The position numbers and the translations under genes are program-made. The notes beneath the pieces were generated by a model. It did not search any database. It saw only the letters and a list, made by a program, of their open reading frames with translations, and had not been told where the DNA came from. Below are positions 16,885-24,873 of a stretch of DNA of 37,395 nucleotides, piece by piece; position 1 is the stretch's first letter; each line of letters opens with the position of its first letter. The DNA comes from a virus (lineage: Duplodnaviria; Heunggongvirae; Uroviricota; Caudoviricetes): the IMG/VR virus record IMGVR_UViG_3300045988_031779, positions 1 through 37,395 of that record. One strand, written 5' to 3'.

Positions 16885-17877
16885 TTACACCACGCGGGCT
16901 TCTGTTTCCAGAAGCGCATCAGTTTCACGGATTGGTACACCACGGAATGAAGTCCACCACTCGCCTTCTGTCTCTTTTACGCTGATAGCCAGAGATGTTT
17001 TCTCCAGAGACTGCAGATCAAGAGCCTGGCCTACAGTGCGGTTCATGTAGAACACCGGGCGGCCCATGCCACGGTTTGGAATGCGATGTAGTGCTTTAAC
17101 CATCAACTTCGCAATATTTGCGGCAGAGGATGGTTCTGAAAGATTGCTGACATCGATGTTTGCAATGCGAACAACATAACGCCAGTCACGCAGAGCAAGT
17201 CCGTTATCCCATTTGTAATGGGTGCGATAGCCTTCGTACTTGCCGCCATTAGCATCTTCCAGTGTCACCTGGCCTTTATCTTCCATCTGGATACCAGCCT
17301 TCTGCCCTTTCGGGAAGATGCCATGCACGGTGTTTTCGCCCCACACCACTAACCAGATTGAGGTGTTATCTGTACCCGTGCCACCAGCATCAATGATGTT
17401 CTGAGCATTACCCGCAGACAGGCTGGAATAGCGGGAGGACAGTCCCATAAACTGCTGAGGGTTAACGCTGGAATCACCATAAAACAGCGTCTGCGCCATC
17501 TGCTGATTCATCGCTTCAATAAATGCGCGGTCTTCAGACAGGCGGAATTCGGCGGTATTGCCGTTCAGATCAGCCAGTGACTTATCGACTTCAGCATAGG
17601 TTTCCAGCATGCCCACGGAATCGGTTACCTGCACTGTGGTTGATTTGCTTGGCTGTACGCCATAGTTCAGCAAACGCCAGGTAGCTGAAGGTAAACCAGA
17701 ACGAATGGTGGTTCGGTGTCCGGTAGGAAGGTTACCTTCGACAAAAGGCATATCCTGAAGGATCGGGTTAGTTTGACCGAGAAGCTCGATAATCTTATCG
17801 ACTTTCCCGTTTTGATCGACGCGCTTACCCCAGTCAGCCAGCGTCAGCGCAGTTAAGCCTTTAACAGCCATTGTCAT
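16885..17877 (-). CDS. Major capsid protein, 330 aa
   Basis: Position after the scaffold-like gene, typical size for an HK97-fold capsid protein, ordinary GC content. Confidence 0.7.
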   Translation of the reverse strand: MTMAVKGLTALTLADWGKRVDQNGKVDKIIELLGQTNPILQDMPFVEGNLPTGHRTTIRSGLPSATWRLLNYGVQPSKSTTVQVTDSVGMLETYAEVDKSLADLNGNTAEFRLSEDRAFIEAMNQQMAQTLFYGDSSVNPQQFMGLSSRYSSLSAGNAQNIIDAGGTGTDNTSIWLVVWGENTVHGIFPKGQKAGIQMEDKGQVTLEDANGGKYEGYRTHYKWDNGLALRDWRYVVRIANIDVSNLSEPSSAANIAKLMVKALHRIPNRGMGRPVFYMNRTVGQALDLQSLEKTSLAISVKETEGEWWTSFRGVPIRETDALLETEARVV

Positions 17878-17885
17878 TTCCTCTC

Positions 17886-18587
17886 TTATTTGCCATAGAG
17901 CACTTCGGCCGCACTACGCTGGCCTTCATTACCACCGGTGACCATGCCATCTTCAGACATCGCCTTTCCGATTTTCACGAACGTTTTGACCAGATCAGGG
18001 TGATTACCCAGCCCGGTGGTGTTCAGATATTCTTTGAGTTCAGGTGTCCCGAACTGGTCAAGCGCACGCTGTGCGGCGCTAAGGTTAGAAATCAACTTGT
18101 CGCCACCGATTTCTTTGTCGGCTTTTACATCCGCAGCCCACTGCTCGGTTGTTTTCTGCCAGGCTTCTGCCTGGCGCTGCTGAACACCTGCCAGAATCTT
18201 CGGATAAGCATCAACCAGCCTTTGCGCTTGCTCGTTGGTCAGGTTAAGTTCTCGCGCCACCGGCTCGAATTCCTTCAACGCTTCTGTATCCAGCTCTACG
18301 CCTTCGGCAGCCTGAAATTCGTACTTCTCCGGCGCACCCTCTGGTTTATCGCCGTCTTTTTTTTCACCCTGCTTATCGTTTTCAGATTTTTTTTCATCAT
18401 CAGGTTTATCGACATCAGCAACAGGTTGTGGCTTATCACCTTCCTGTTGTGATGGATCACCAACTGGAGCAGGGTTATCACCTGTAGGCGCTGACGGTTC
18501 TGACGCAGCCGGAGCTGCTCCACCATCGACTGGTTGCTCATTGCAAAGACGGCGATACAGCAAACGCTCAAATAAATTCATGATCAC
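17886..18587 (-). CDS. Scaffolding protein, 233 aa
   Basis: Highly acidic, Pro/Ala/Lys-rich low-complexity N-terminal half with a helical C-terminal half, between portal and capsid genes. Confidence 0.6.
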   Translation of the reverse strand: MIMNLFERLLYRRLCNEQPVDGGAAPAASEPSAPTGDNPAPVGDPSQQEGDKPQPVADVDKPDDEKKSENDKQGEKKDGDKPEGAPEKYEFQAAEGVELDTEALKEFEPVARELNLTNEQAQRLVDAYPKILAGVQQRQAEAWQKTTEQWAADVKADKEIGGDKLISNLSAAQRALDQFGTPELKEYLNTTGLGNHPDLVKTFVKIGKAMSEDGMVTGGNEGQRSAAEVLYGK

Positions 18588-18880
18588 TCCTGTTCACTGG
18601 CCTCTTTGGCCATCTTCAAATACTGTTCAGGGCAATGCGCCATAACGCGCTGAAACAGTTCCAGCGCCAGATTGCGTTGCCCCTCATTAAATGCCATTGC
18701 CATAGCGTCCATCGGTGAGATAGCGGAAAACACACGGCCTTTCTCCAGCACCGACCAGACAACGCGACGCCCCTGTTCACTGCTCATGACAAAGCGAATG
18801 TCATCAATTTCACGCTGCGCCATGTCACGTTGCTTACGGGCGTTTTCTTCTTTCAGTTGATCGTCTTCGTAATCTGTCAT
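18584..18880 (-). CDS. Hypothetical small head-assembly protein, 98 aa
   Basis: Coupled ORF between portal and scaffold genes (4-nt overlaps both sides). Confidence 0.45.
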   Translation of the reverse strand: MTDYEDDQLKEENARKQRDMAQREIDDIRFVMSSEQGRRVVWSVLEKGRVFSAISPMDAMAMAFNEGQRNLALELFQRVMAHCPEQYLKMAKEASEQE

Positions 18881-20556
18881 TGTGATTGCCCACCCTGACC
18901 ACTAACTGCATTCGCCATAGCTGACAAAACACTCGGATCCGAAGTTTTAGCTTCACTTAGCGTCTTGGCACCCTGTGCCGCCGCCATCCCCATCGCCATC
19001 ATTTGTTGCTGCTGTTGTTGCTGTGCCCGTTGCTGGCGAGCCTGCTCAACCTGTTCCTGCGGAACAATGACGGTTGGAGACACTCCGGACATATCAGCGA
19101 ATGCATCGATCGCCTGATCAACGTTGAGTTTGTCGAGAGCTTCTGGTTTCGCTTGCGCAAGTTGACCAATGAAGTTAACCGTGGACGCCAGACTGGACAG
19201 GCCGATAGACTTCTGCGCCTGAGCCATGACGGAAATGTATTCGACCTTCAGGGGCATGCCTTCCATCGCGTCAGGCGGTGGCGGCAGCATGTTTTTACGC
19301 ACCATCATCGAGAAAGAGCGATCAATGAGAGGATTAAGACATTCGTCGTTCAGGCGCTCCAGAACCGGCCCCAACATCAGAAGTTTTTCTTCTTTCATTT
19401 CGATCACCGCTTCCACAGGCATCGAGCGGGTATTGATGTTCTGCAACATCATGAACAGATCGACAAAGTAGGCGCTGTTAATGATTTGACGAGTGTCCTG
19501 AATGTCTGCCACCAAATCTGCTGTACTGGGGTTAACCAGATAAGCAGGCCTGAAACCATCCTGACCAGTAATCTGATCGATATACGTGATGTCGCCAGGA
19601 AGAAGGGAGGCACGCTGATTCTTGAGGGAAGTCGGAGCAACCATCGGCGGATTGGTAGCTTTATCAATCAACTGCGACTTGCGCTTCTGGAGAAGCTGCA
19701 ATGCCTTAACAGGTCCAAGCGCCAGCATACCCGGGCATGATGATCCATAAACATCTTCGCCGTTAACTTCCCAGCGCGGAGCCATAATTGGAAACTCATC
19801 GAATCCGGACTCACGCAACAACTTGTCGTTATCGCCACCAACCTCGTAATAAACCGATTTGAATGGCTTGTTCTTGCTATCCAGCTTCGATGTATCGCGG
19901 TCAATGTTCGGGTAAACCGAATGCATCACTTCAATCCACTTCTCGTAGGTGCCGCTTTCCCACATGCTTTTTACGGATTCGCTGACGTTATTTAGCCCGA
20001 ATTCCTGAACAAGCTGACGAACAGTCATAGAGAACTTGCGAAAACAGGTGTCCACACTGCCACGAGGTGAGTTAGCCAGGTAGTAACTGCCTATCGGGAA
20101 TGGCATTGTGCGAATGATGTCCTCGTCATCCTCCAGCACTGCCATTGCACCAGTGCTGTATGTGCCGAGGCTTCCGTATAACTGCGGCAGCGACTGATAG
20201 AGATTCGACTTATTGAACATATCGTTCATGCGGTTCTGCACCGCCTCAAGCCACAACTTAACAGGGCCATAATCCATCATTTCAGGATCTGGCGTAGCCA
20301 GGCGAAACCACGGACGCGCGGGGCTTGTGATGCCTGACATCATGCCGCTGGCGAGAGTGCGCGCCGCCATAGTCCCGGTCGAATCAATAATGCGTGTATT
20401 GCGTCGATCGTTACGGTTGACCTCAGAAGTCAGAAAGCGGGAACCACGCGGGTTGATGTAATCACTCAACTCGCGCCAGTGCGGCTCGAACGACTGACGC
20501 TCGCTTTCAAGTTGTGCGAACTGTTTGTTCAATCGCTCTTTAGTTGTTTCCGCCAT
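18877..20556 (-). CDS. Portal protein, 559 aa
   Basis: Size, position at the head of the structural block, Gln/Ala/Met-rich C-terminal tail typical of portal proteins. Confidence 0.7.
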   Translation of the reverse strand: MAETTKERLNKQFAQLESERQSFEPHWRELSDYINPRGSRFLTSEVNRNDRRNTRIIDSTGTMAARTLASGMMSGITSPARPWFRLATPDPEMMDYGPVKLWLEAVQNRMNDMFNKSNLYQSLPQLYGSLGTYSTGAMAVLEDDEDIIRTMPFPIGSYYLANSPRGSVDTCFRKFSMTVRQLVQEFGLNNVSESVKSMWESGTYEKWIEVMHSVYPNIDRDTSKLDSKNKPFKSVYYEVGGDNDKLLRESGFDEFPIMAPRWEVNGEDVYGSSCPGMLALGPVKALQLLQKRKSQLIDKATNPPMVAPTSLKNQRASLLPGDITYIDQITGQDGFRPAYLVNPSTADLVADIQDTRQIINSAYFVDLFMMLQNINTRSMPVEAVIEMKEEKLLMLGPVLERLNDECLNPLIDRSFSMMVRKNMLPPPPDAMEGMPLKVEYISVMAQAQKSIGLSSLASTVNFIGQLAQAKPEALDKLNVDQAIDAFADMSGVSPTVIVPQEQVEQARQQRAQQQQQQQMMAMGMAAAQGAKTLSEAKTSDPSVLSAMANAVSGQGGQSQ

Positions 20557-20570
20557 TTCAATGACTCCGG

Positions 20571-20777
20571 TTACTGACCAAGCAGCGTTTTACCGCTGGT
20601 ATTAGCGGTTGATGTGTCGCCCTGAGAACCGGTAAGCAGCGTAGAACTACGACCAGCAGCAGCGCGACGGCGACGAGTTTCTTCGTCGCGGGCATCAACA
20701 ACGGCGGCATCCTGCTCCTGTGGTGCTGCCTGAACTTCTGGTGTTGCAGGCACTGATGGTGAGCTACCCATGCACAT
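20571..20777 (-). CDS. Possible small acidic Ala-rich protein upstream of portal, 68 aa
   Basis: ATG at 20777 with GGAG about 9 nt upstream; low-complexity sequence; competing overlapping ORF 20558..20797 in another frame. Low confidence. Confidence 0.3.
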   Translation of the reverse strand: MCMGSSPSVPATPEVQAAPQEQDAAVVDARDEETRRRRAAAGRSSTLLTGSQGDTSTANTSGKTLLGQ

Positions 20778-20845
20778 ATCAATGACTCCGTACGCAATTA
20801 AATTACTACCAATTTAACCACATATGATTTATTTATCGTAGATAG

Positions 20846-20883
20846 TTGACATTTAACGCACAAATTATTACCTTTCAGGTAAC
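20846..20883 (+). promoter_or_regulatory. Rightward promoter candidate (TTGACA) overlapped by operator-like site 5 (ATTACC-tttca-GGTAAC, 20867..20883)
   Basis: Consensus -35 hexamer at 20846..20851; the palindrome sits where the -10 and transcript start would be; faces the tRNA and moron ORF. Confidence 0.4.
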
Positions 20884-21204
20884 CAAAGAGTTCATTCCGG
20901 TTACTAACCTGACTGGCTTGTCGTTAAATTGAACAGGTGGAGTGAGCTTTTATTTTGAGCAGTACGGCGTATGGCACATGCGCCGATAGCGGTCTGGATA
21001 CGTTTAAGGGGCACCCTCCCTGGCTGTGGCAAACGAACCAGGTAGCCGGAATGTGCAAGTCGAGCGGTTTTATTCCGCGCACGGGGATTCACCATCCCGG
21101 CGATTCGGTGTGACGCCTCGGAAGAGACGAGGGTACAACGATGAGAGCATTTATGGAGCCGCGACAAAGTGTGGCGCCTTAACAGGCTAAGTGCTCTCAG
21201 CGTT

Positions 21205-21281
21205 GTGGCATTAGCTCAGCTGGACAGAGCAACCGCTTTCTAAGCGGTTGGTCGCAGGTTCGAATCCTGCATGCCACGCCA
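21205..21281 (+). tRNA. tRNA-Arg (anticodon UCU)
   Basis: 77-nt cloverleaf folded by hand: 7-bp acceptor stem GTGGCAT/ATGCCAC, D arm GCTC/GAGC, anticodon stem ACCGC/GCGGT with loop TTTCTAA (anticodon TCT), T arm GCAGG-TTCGAAT-CCTGC, discriminator G, encoded CCA. Resembles enterobacterial argU-type tRNAs. Confidence 0.85.
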
Positions 21282-21324
21282 GAATCACGCCTAAGGACCG
21301 TGATGCCAGAAGTTCCAGGGGCTT

Positions 21325-21368
21325 GGCGGTGATGGTTTCCCTTGAAGGACTATCACCGCCCTTTTTAC
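21325..21368 (+). terminator. Intrinsic terminator after the tRNA (GGCGGTGAT ... ATCACCGCC followed by CTTTTT)
   Basis: 9-bp stem with a long loop followed by a T-run on the plus strand; a second GC hairpin plus T-run lies at 21445..21469 just before the ORF at 21479. Confidence 0.45.
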
Positions 21369-21478
21369 AGCATGACGCCATTGCGATGGCTTCATGCTGT
21401 AAACCAGTACAGCCACGGAAGGCATAACTCATTGCTTCCAGTTCGCCCGATTCGCCGGGCATTTTTTTTAGGTGAGAT

Positions 21479-21902
21479 CATGAAAACAGCCGACATGCTA
21501 GCTAAATATCTAAATGAATGGCCGTGCAAATATGTACGCATTGTTCAGGGTGATGACTCAATTTTTTATGGTGTTTTTGCAGGAAATGAAATGCTTTGTG
21601 AAGCAATTCCAGGTGAGCGACTTGCCGGGTTAACGCTTAGCGATGACCATGGAATAGGAGTTACTTGCCATGACTGGATTTCAGCGCAGAAAACTGAAAT
21701 GGAAAAAGGCAATGTGTTTGATATTTCTCGCGCTGTATACGCCAAAGAAAAAAGTGATGATGATTACATGCGCGAAAACTTATACAACATGAAGTTACAA
21801 TGCCTGGCTGAAGTGCTTAGTAAAAGATCTTTACTTGATGTGGTTGGTGCTGAGCAGGACGCCAAGGCAATCAACGCCGCATTCGATAAAATAACCTTCT
21901 AA
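21479..21902 (+). CDS. Hypothetical moron protein, 141 aa
   Basis: ATG at 21479 with GGTGAG 4 nt upstream (track ORF 21342..21902 is the same frame extended). Encoded on the strand opposite the flanking terminase and portal genes, downstream of the tRNA. No family recognised. Confidence 0.5.
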
Positions 21903-21905
21903 CGC

Positions 21906-21920
21906 CGTGACATGTCACAA
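21906..21920. repeat. 15-bp element CGTGACATGTCACAA (copy 1; contains the 12-bp palindrome GTGACATGTCAC)
   Basis: Exact second copy at 24171..24185; each copy is followed by a terminator-like hairpin. Confidence 0.6.
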
Positions 21921-21922
21921 AC

Positions 21923-21949
21923 AGCCAGCCTATGAGCTGGCTTTGTTTT
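21923..21949 (+). terminator. Intrinsic terminator (AGCCAGC-ctatga-GCTGGCT followed by TTGTTTT)
   Basis: 7-bp stem plus T-rich tail directly after the stop of 21479..21902 and the palindrome. Confidence 0.5.
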
Positions 21950-21992
21950 ATCCTCACCAGAGGATATCAACGACATTATCCCCACCAGCGGA

Positions 21993-23468
21993 TTAAGCAT
22001 AGGGATCGTAATCTGTGATGGCCTTGCCTTGCTGGTTCTGCTGACCGGGAATTCGCAGACGCTTAGACACAGGGAACGCAAACGTCAGCAGTAGCGCATC
22101 GCCTTTACCCGGTGAACGCCCAAGCCGCTCCTTGATATCTTCCTTCGGTTCGATAACGATTTTACCGTCCACTCGAACTTTGTACTCTGCCGCCGACAGG
22201 TCGTCTGCTGTTTCCTGGTCATCCAGCATGCCGCCCAGCCTCAGCCATGTCTTGCATGAATTGAACATCTCCCCACGCTTGTTGAGCATCTGCGGGTCAG
22301 TAGACGCGCCACCGAACGGAACAAGTTGCCATGTACGACCCCAGCCGTCACCGATTGACTTCAAACCGGTTCCGTAACCGAAGTCGATGAACACCGCGTC
22401 AGCCTGATACTGGTCTTCAAAGTCAGCGATACGCTTCGCCATAATCAGATCGTCGGTAGTCTTGTTGCCAGTCCACAGCACCTTACTGTGTAGCCCCTGC
22501 CGCAGGTATATCACAGCGTCATCAACGCCGGAGTATGCCGGGTCAACGCCGATTATCACCGGAGCATGTGCAACCTGCGCAGCGGTTACCACCCGTTTCA
22601 TTGCCTCGTCAGTAAGACCGGTAGGGATAAACTGCAATTCAGATGCATCAGGGAATATGCCACGCACACGGATTTTAACGAAGTCGCTGTCTTCCCCGTA
22701 GTCATCAACCCATTTCTGCAACTGCTGTTTGTTAGTGCCTTCCACCGTCCGGCTGTCAATCTGCGCAGTTTTCCAGCGGTGTTTATATTTGCGGAAACAT
22801 TCGCGAAAACGCCCGGTGTTACGTGTAGGGTTTCCGAACGCCACCCAAATAATCTCAGTGTCTTCGTCCGTAAGCGCACCCTCGGCAACTTCCCACACCA
22901 GATCCGCAATGTTCGACGCTTCATCAAACACCACGATGATGCGTTTGCGCTCGTTGTGTAGTCCGGCGAATGCCTCGGTGTTGTGCTCAGACCAGGGTAT
23001 TGCGTCAGCCCGCCACCGCTTGTCGTGCCCTAGGTCATTGCTGTACATCGCGGTAGCGGTACAGGTAAACCAGTCTTTCGTGATAGCAAGGTTCGACCAC
23101 TTGATAATTTCCGGCCAGGTCTTCGTTCGTAGCTGGTTGTCGGTGTTGGCGGTCACCACGACCTTACAATCCTCGCAAGTGGACATGCCCCAGTTGATCA
23201 GCATTGAGATGAATGCGGATTTACCAATACCGTGACCAGAAGCGCGTGCCAGCATAAGCGGCTGATAGCGCGTCTCTGGATTCTGCAGGTGATCACGTAT
23301 CTCTCGGAACGCATCAGCCTGCCACTGACGTGGGCCGGTGGCATGTGCCAGTTCAGTCCCCTCTTCCCCCCATGGGAACGCATAGAGGGCATAGCCAAGC
23401 GGATCGTGAGTGAACCCTGCAATATCCTCGATTAACTGCTCTTCAGGAGATAACGCTGTATCTGTCAC
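21993..23468 (-). CDS. Terminase large subunit, 491 aa
   Basis: Size, ATPase-like N-terminal region and acidic nuclease-like C-terminal region, 4-nt overlap with the small subunit gene upstream. Confidence 0.8.
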   Translation of the reverse strand: MTDTALSPEEQLIEDIAGFTHDPLGYALYAFPWGEEGTELAHATGPRQWQADAFREIRDHLQNPETRYQPLMLARASGHGIGKSAFISMLINWGMSTCEDCKVVVTANTDNQLRTKTWPEIIKWSNLAITKDWFTCTATAMYSNDLGHDKRWRADAIPWSEHNTEAFAGLHNERKRIIVVFDEASNIADLVWEVAEGALTDEDTEIIWVAFGNPTRNTGRFRECFRKYKHRWKTAQIDSRTVEGTNKQQLQKWVDDYGEDSDFVKIRVRGIFPDASELQFIPTGLTDEAMKRVVTAAQVAHAPVIIGVDPAYSGVDDAVIYLRQGLHSKVLWTGNKTTDDLIMAKRIADFEDQYQADAVFIDFGYGTGLKSIGDGWGRTWQLVPFGGASTDPQMLNKRGEMFNSCKTWLRLGGMLDDQETADDLSAAEYKVRVDGKIVIEPKEDIKERLGRSPGKGDALLLTFAFPVSKRLRIPGQQNQQGKAITDYDPYA

Positions 23469-24061
23469 TGATTGCCATCCTGACGTTCTTTCAGTCTCTT
23501 CCTGGCTGCCGCTATGCGATCAGCAATTGTCACATTCACATTAACATCCAGGCGTTCTTTGAATGCGTTGACGTCGACGTGCTTACCAATCAGTTCGAGG
23601 TTCTTCACCTTGTCAGGCCATTTAATTTTTTTGAGGATTGTCTCTATCGAATCCTCGTTCATGTTCATGATGGTCGATGACAGATCAAAGCCACTAAGCG
23701 TAGTGCGCCAGATTTTCGGCCACTCGCGGATTGGCTTAAGGCTCCCATCGTCGTTGAGGATGTCGATCACGTCCATCTGGTCGATCTCCACCAGGCGCAT
23801 GAGAACGTAATCAGCACTGACGCGCATTCGTTTGTTGCGCTCTTCCATCAGCTCGGCAATCCGTTTTTGAATGCGTTCATCGCGCATCATGAGACTGGCT
23901 TTAACTGCCGCTGTATTTGGGGAGAATCCTGCGTTAATCGCTGCCTGAGTCTGGTTTTCAGGCGTTTTGATGTATGACTGGCAATAAGCCTCCTGCATTG
24001 CTGTTAGTGGCTTAAATTGCGTTGATTTGCGTTTATAGGTTTTAGGTTCAGCAGGCATCAT
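23465..24061 (-). CDS. Terminase small subunit, about 198 aa
   Basis: Start preferred at the ATGATG at 24061; the track start at 24139 adds an N-terminal extension (TITTTVTITTVV) that is the translation of a direct DNA repeat and reads through a terminator. Motif PLTAMQEAYCQSYIKTPENQTQAAINAGFS resembles small-terminase N-terminal DNA-binding domains. Confidence 0.6.
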   Translation of the reverse strand: MMPAEPKTYKRKSTQFKPLTAMQEAYCQSYIKTPENQTQAAINAGFSPNTAAVKASLMMRDERIQKRIAELMEERNKRMRVSADYVLMRLVEIDQMDVIDILNDDGSLKPIREWPKIWRTTLSGFDLSSTIMNMNEDSIETILKKIKWPDKVKNLELIGKHVDVNAFKERLDVNVNVTIADRIAAARKRLKERQDGNQ

Positions 24062-24077
24062 AACCACCGTGGTAATA

Positions 24078-24094
24078 GTTACCGTTGTGGTAAT
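24078..24094. promoter_or_regulatory. Operator-like palindrome site 6: GTTACC-gttgt-GGTAAT, embedded in direct repeats GTGGTAATAGT
   Basis: 17-33 nt upstream of the small terminase start; direct repeats GTGGTAATAGT at 24069..24079 and 24087..24097. Confidence 0.4.
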
Positions 24095-24112
24095 AGTACC
24101 ATGCAAAATAAA

Positions 24113-24130
24113 GCCGCCATAGTTGGCGGC
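24113..24130 (-). terminator. Intrinsic terminator on the minus strand (GCCGCC-aactat-GGCGGC followed by TTTATTTTG)
   Basis: 6-bp GC stem with T-rich tail in the minus-strand sense, between the last early gene (24180..24518) and the terminase genes. Confidence 0.45.
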
Positions 24131-24170
24131 AGTATTCAAAACCCATCAAATTCATCATGCATAACCCACT

Positions 24171-24185
24171 CGTGACATGTCACAA
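24171..24185. repeat. 15-bp element CGTGACATGTCACAA (copy 2)
   Basis: Identical to 21906..21920; overlaps the stop of 24180..24518. Confidence 0.6.
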
Positions 24186-24518
24186 TATTAATTTCGTTTC
24201 ATGCCAGCCTTTAGTCACCCAGCATTGCGAGTCACCATTACACGGGCATGAATTCACAGGAACTCTCTCGCCGCACTTACCGCAACGTTTTCTGCTGATC
24301 GATTTTATACGCCCGTGCACGCGCGCATCATCCTGGCGGATCAGTAACGCTATATACTCACCAAATTCGTAAGGCGCACGCCCGGGGCGACGTGTGGCAC
24401 AGTTACGCTCCAGCATTTCAATTTCCTGAGCATCAAGCACAATCTCCAGCTTACGCACACCAGATGCAGCTTGTCTGGCTCCCTGAGCGGCTTTGCGCTC
24501 TGCTGCTGATTTAGCCAT
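24180..24518 (-). CDS. Zinc-ribbon protein, candidate late-gene regulator, 112 aa
   Basis: Basic N-terminal half and C-terminal Cys cluster RKRCGKCGERVPVNSCPCNGDSQC; last gene before the terminator and terminase block. Function inferred from position only. Confidence 0.5.
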   Translation of the reverse strand: MAKSAAERKAAQGARQAASGVRKLEIVLDAQEIEMLERNCATRRPGRAPYEFGEYIALLIRQDDARVHGRIKSISRKRCGKCGERVPVNSCPCNGDSQCWVTKGWHETKLIL

Positions 24519-24873
24519 TCTGATTTTCCTGCATCATGAGAAATACAATCATGGCGGCGCGGAGAACATTTTCATGCTCATGCTCCCAAATAGGGTTGGC
24601 AGAAGCACCGTGCAAACCGCTTTCGTTCCAGTCCCAGAGAATGTTAACTCCGTTATCAGCAATAATCGGCCATGCATCTGCTGGGTTTGCGCATGGGTTA
24701 AAGGATCCGCGCTCAACTTCTACTTCAACTGCGTCTCCGTTTACAATGTCTCCCTCAAATGAGATAAACACCATCGCGCCATTCTCACCTTCTTTGTAAT
24801 CCGGTGATCCGTTATGAATGGCTTCGAATACCGCCGCGTTAATTTCAAAATCACTTAACTGTGAATAGTCCAT
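24511..24873 (-). CDS. Hypothetical acidic protein, 120 aa
   Basis: Start preferred at ATG 24873 (AGGAGG 7 nt upstream, ATGA overlap with the upstream stop) rather than the track start at 25020. Confidence 0.5.
   Translation of the reverse strand: MDYSQLSDFEINAAVFEAIHNGSPDYKEGENGAMVFISFEGDIVNGDAVEVEVERGSFNPCANPADAWPIIADNGVNILWDWNESGLHGASANPIWEHEHENVLRAAMIVFLMMQENQNG

Noticed and set aside
5768-20797. Numerous short track ORFs embedded in or antisense to the large virion genes (for example 5942..6226, 7231..7482, 8778..9167, 10329..10637, 13128..13361, 14255..14644, 15883..16344, 17871..18452, 19003..19740, 20558..20797)
   Set aside because: They overlap long, tightly coupled structural ORFs, lack ribosome-binding sites and have biased composition; treated as shadow ORFs.
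21211-21462. Track ORF (83 aa, minus strand) overlapping the tRNA-Arg
   Set aside because: It lies antisense across a well-formed tRNA and terminator hairpins and has no RBS; judged spurious.
24062-24139. Track start of the small terminase at 24139, giving an N-terminal TITTTVTITTVV extension
   Set aside because: The extension is the translation of the GTGGTAATAGT direct repeats and operator-like site and would read through the minus-strand terminator; the start at 24061 is preferred.
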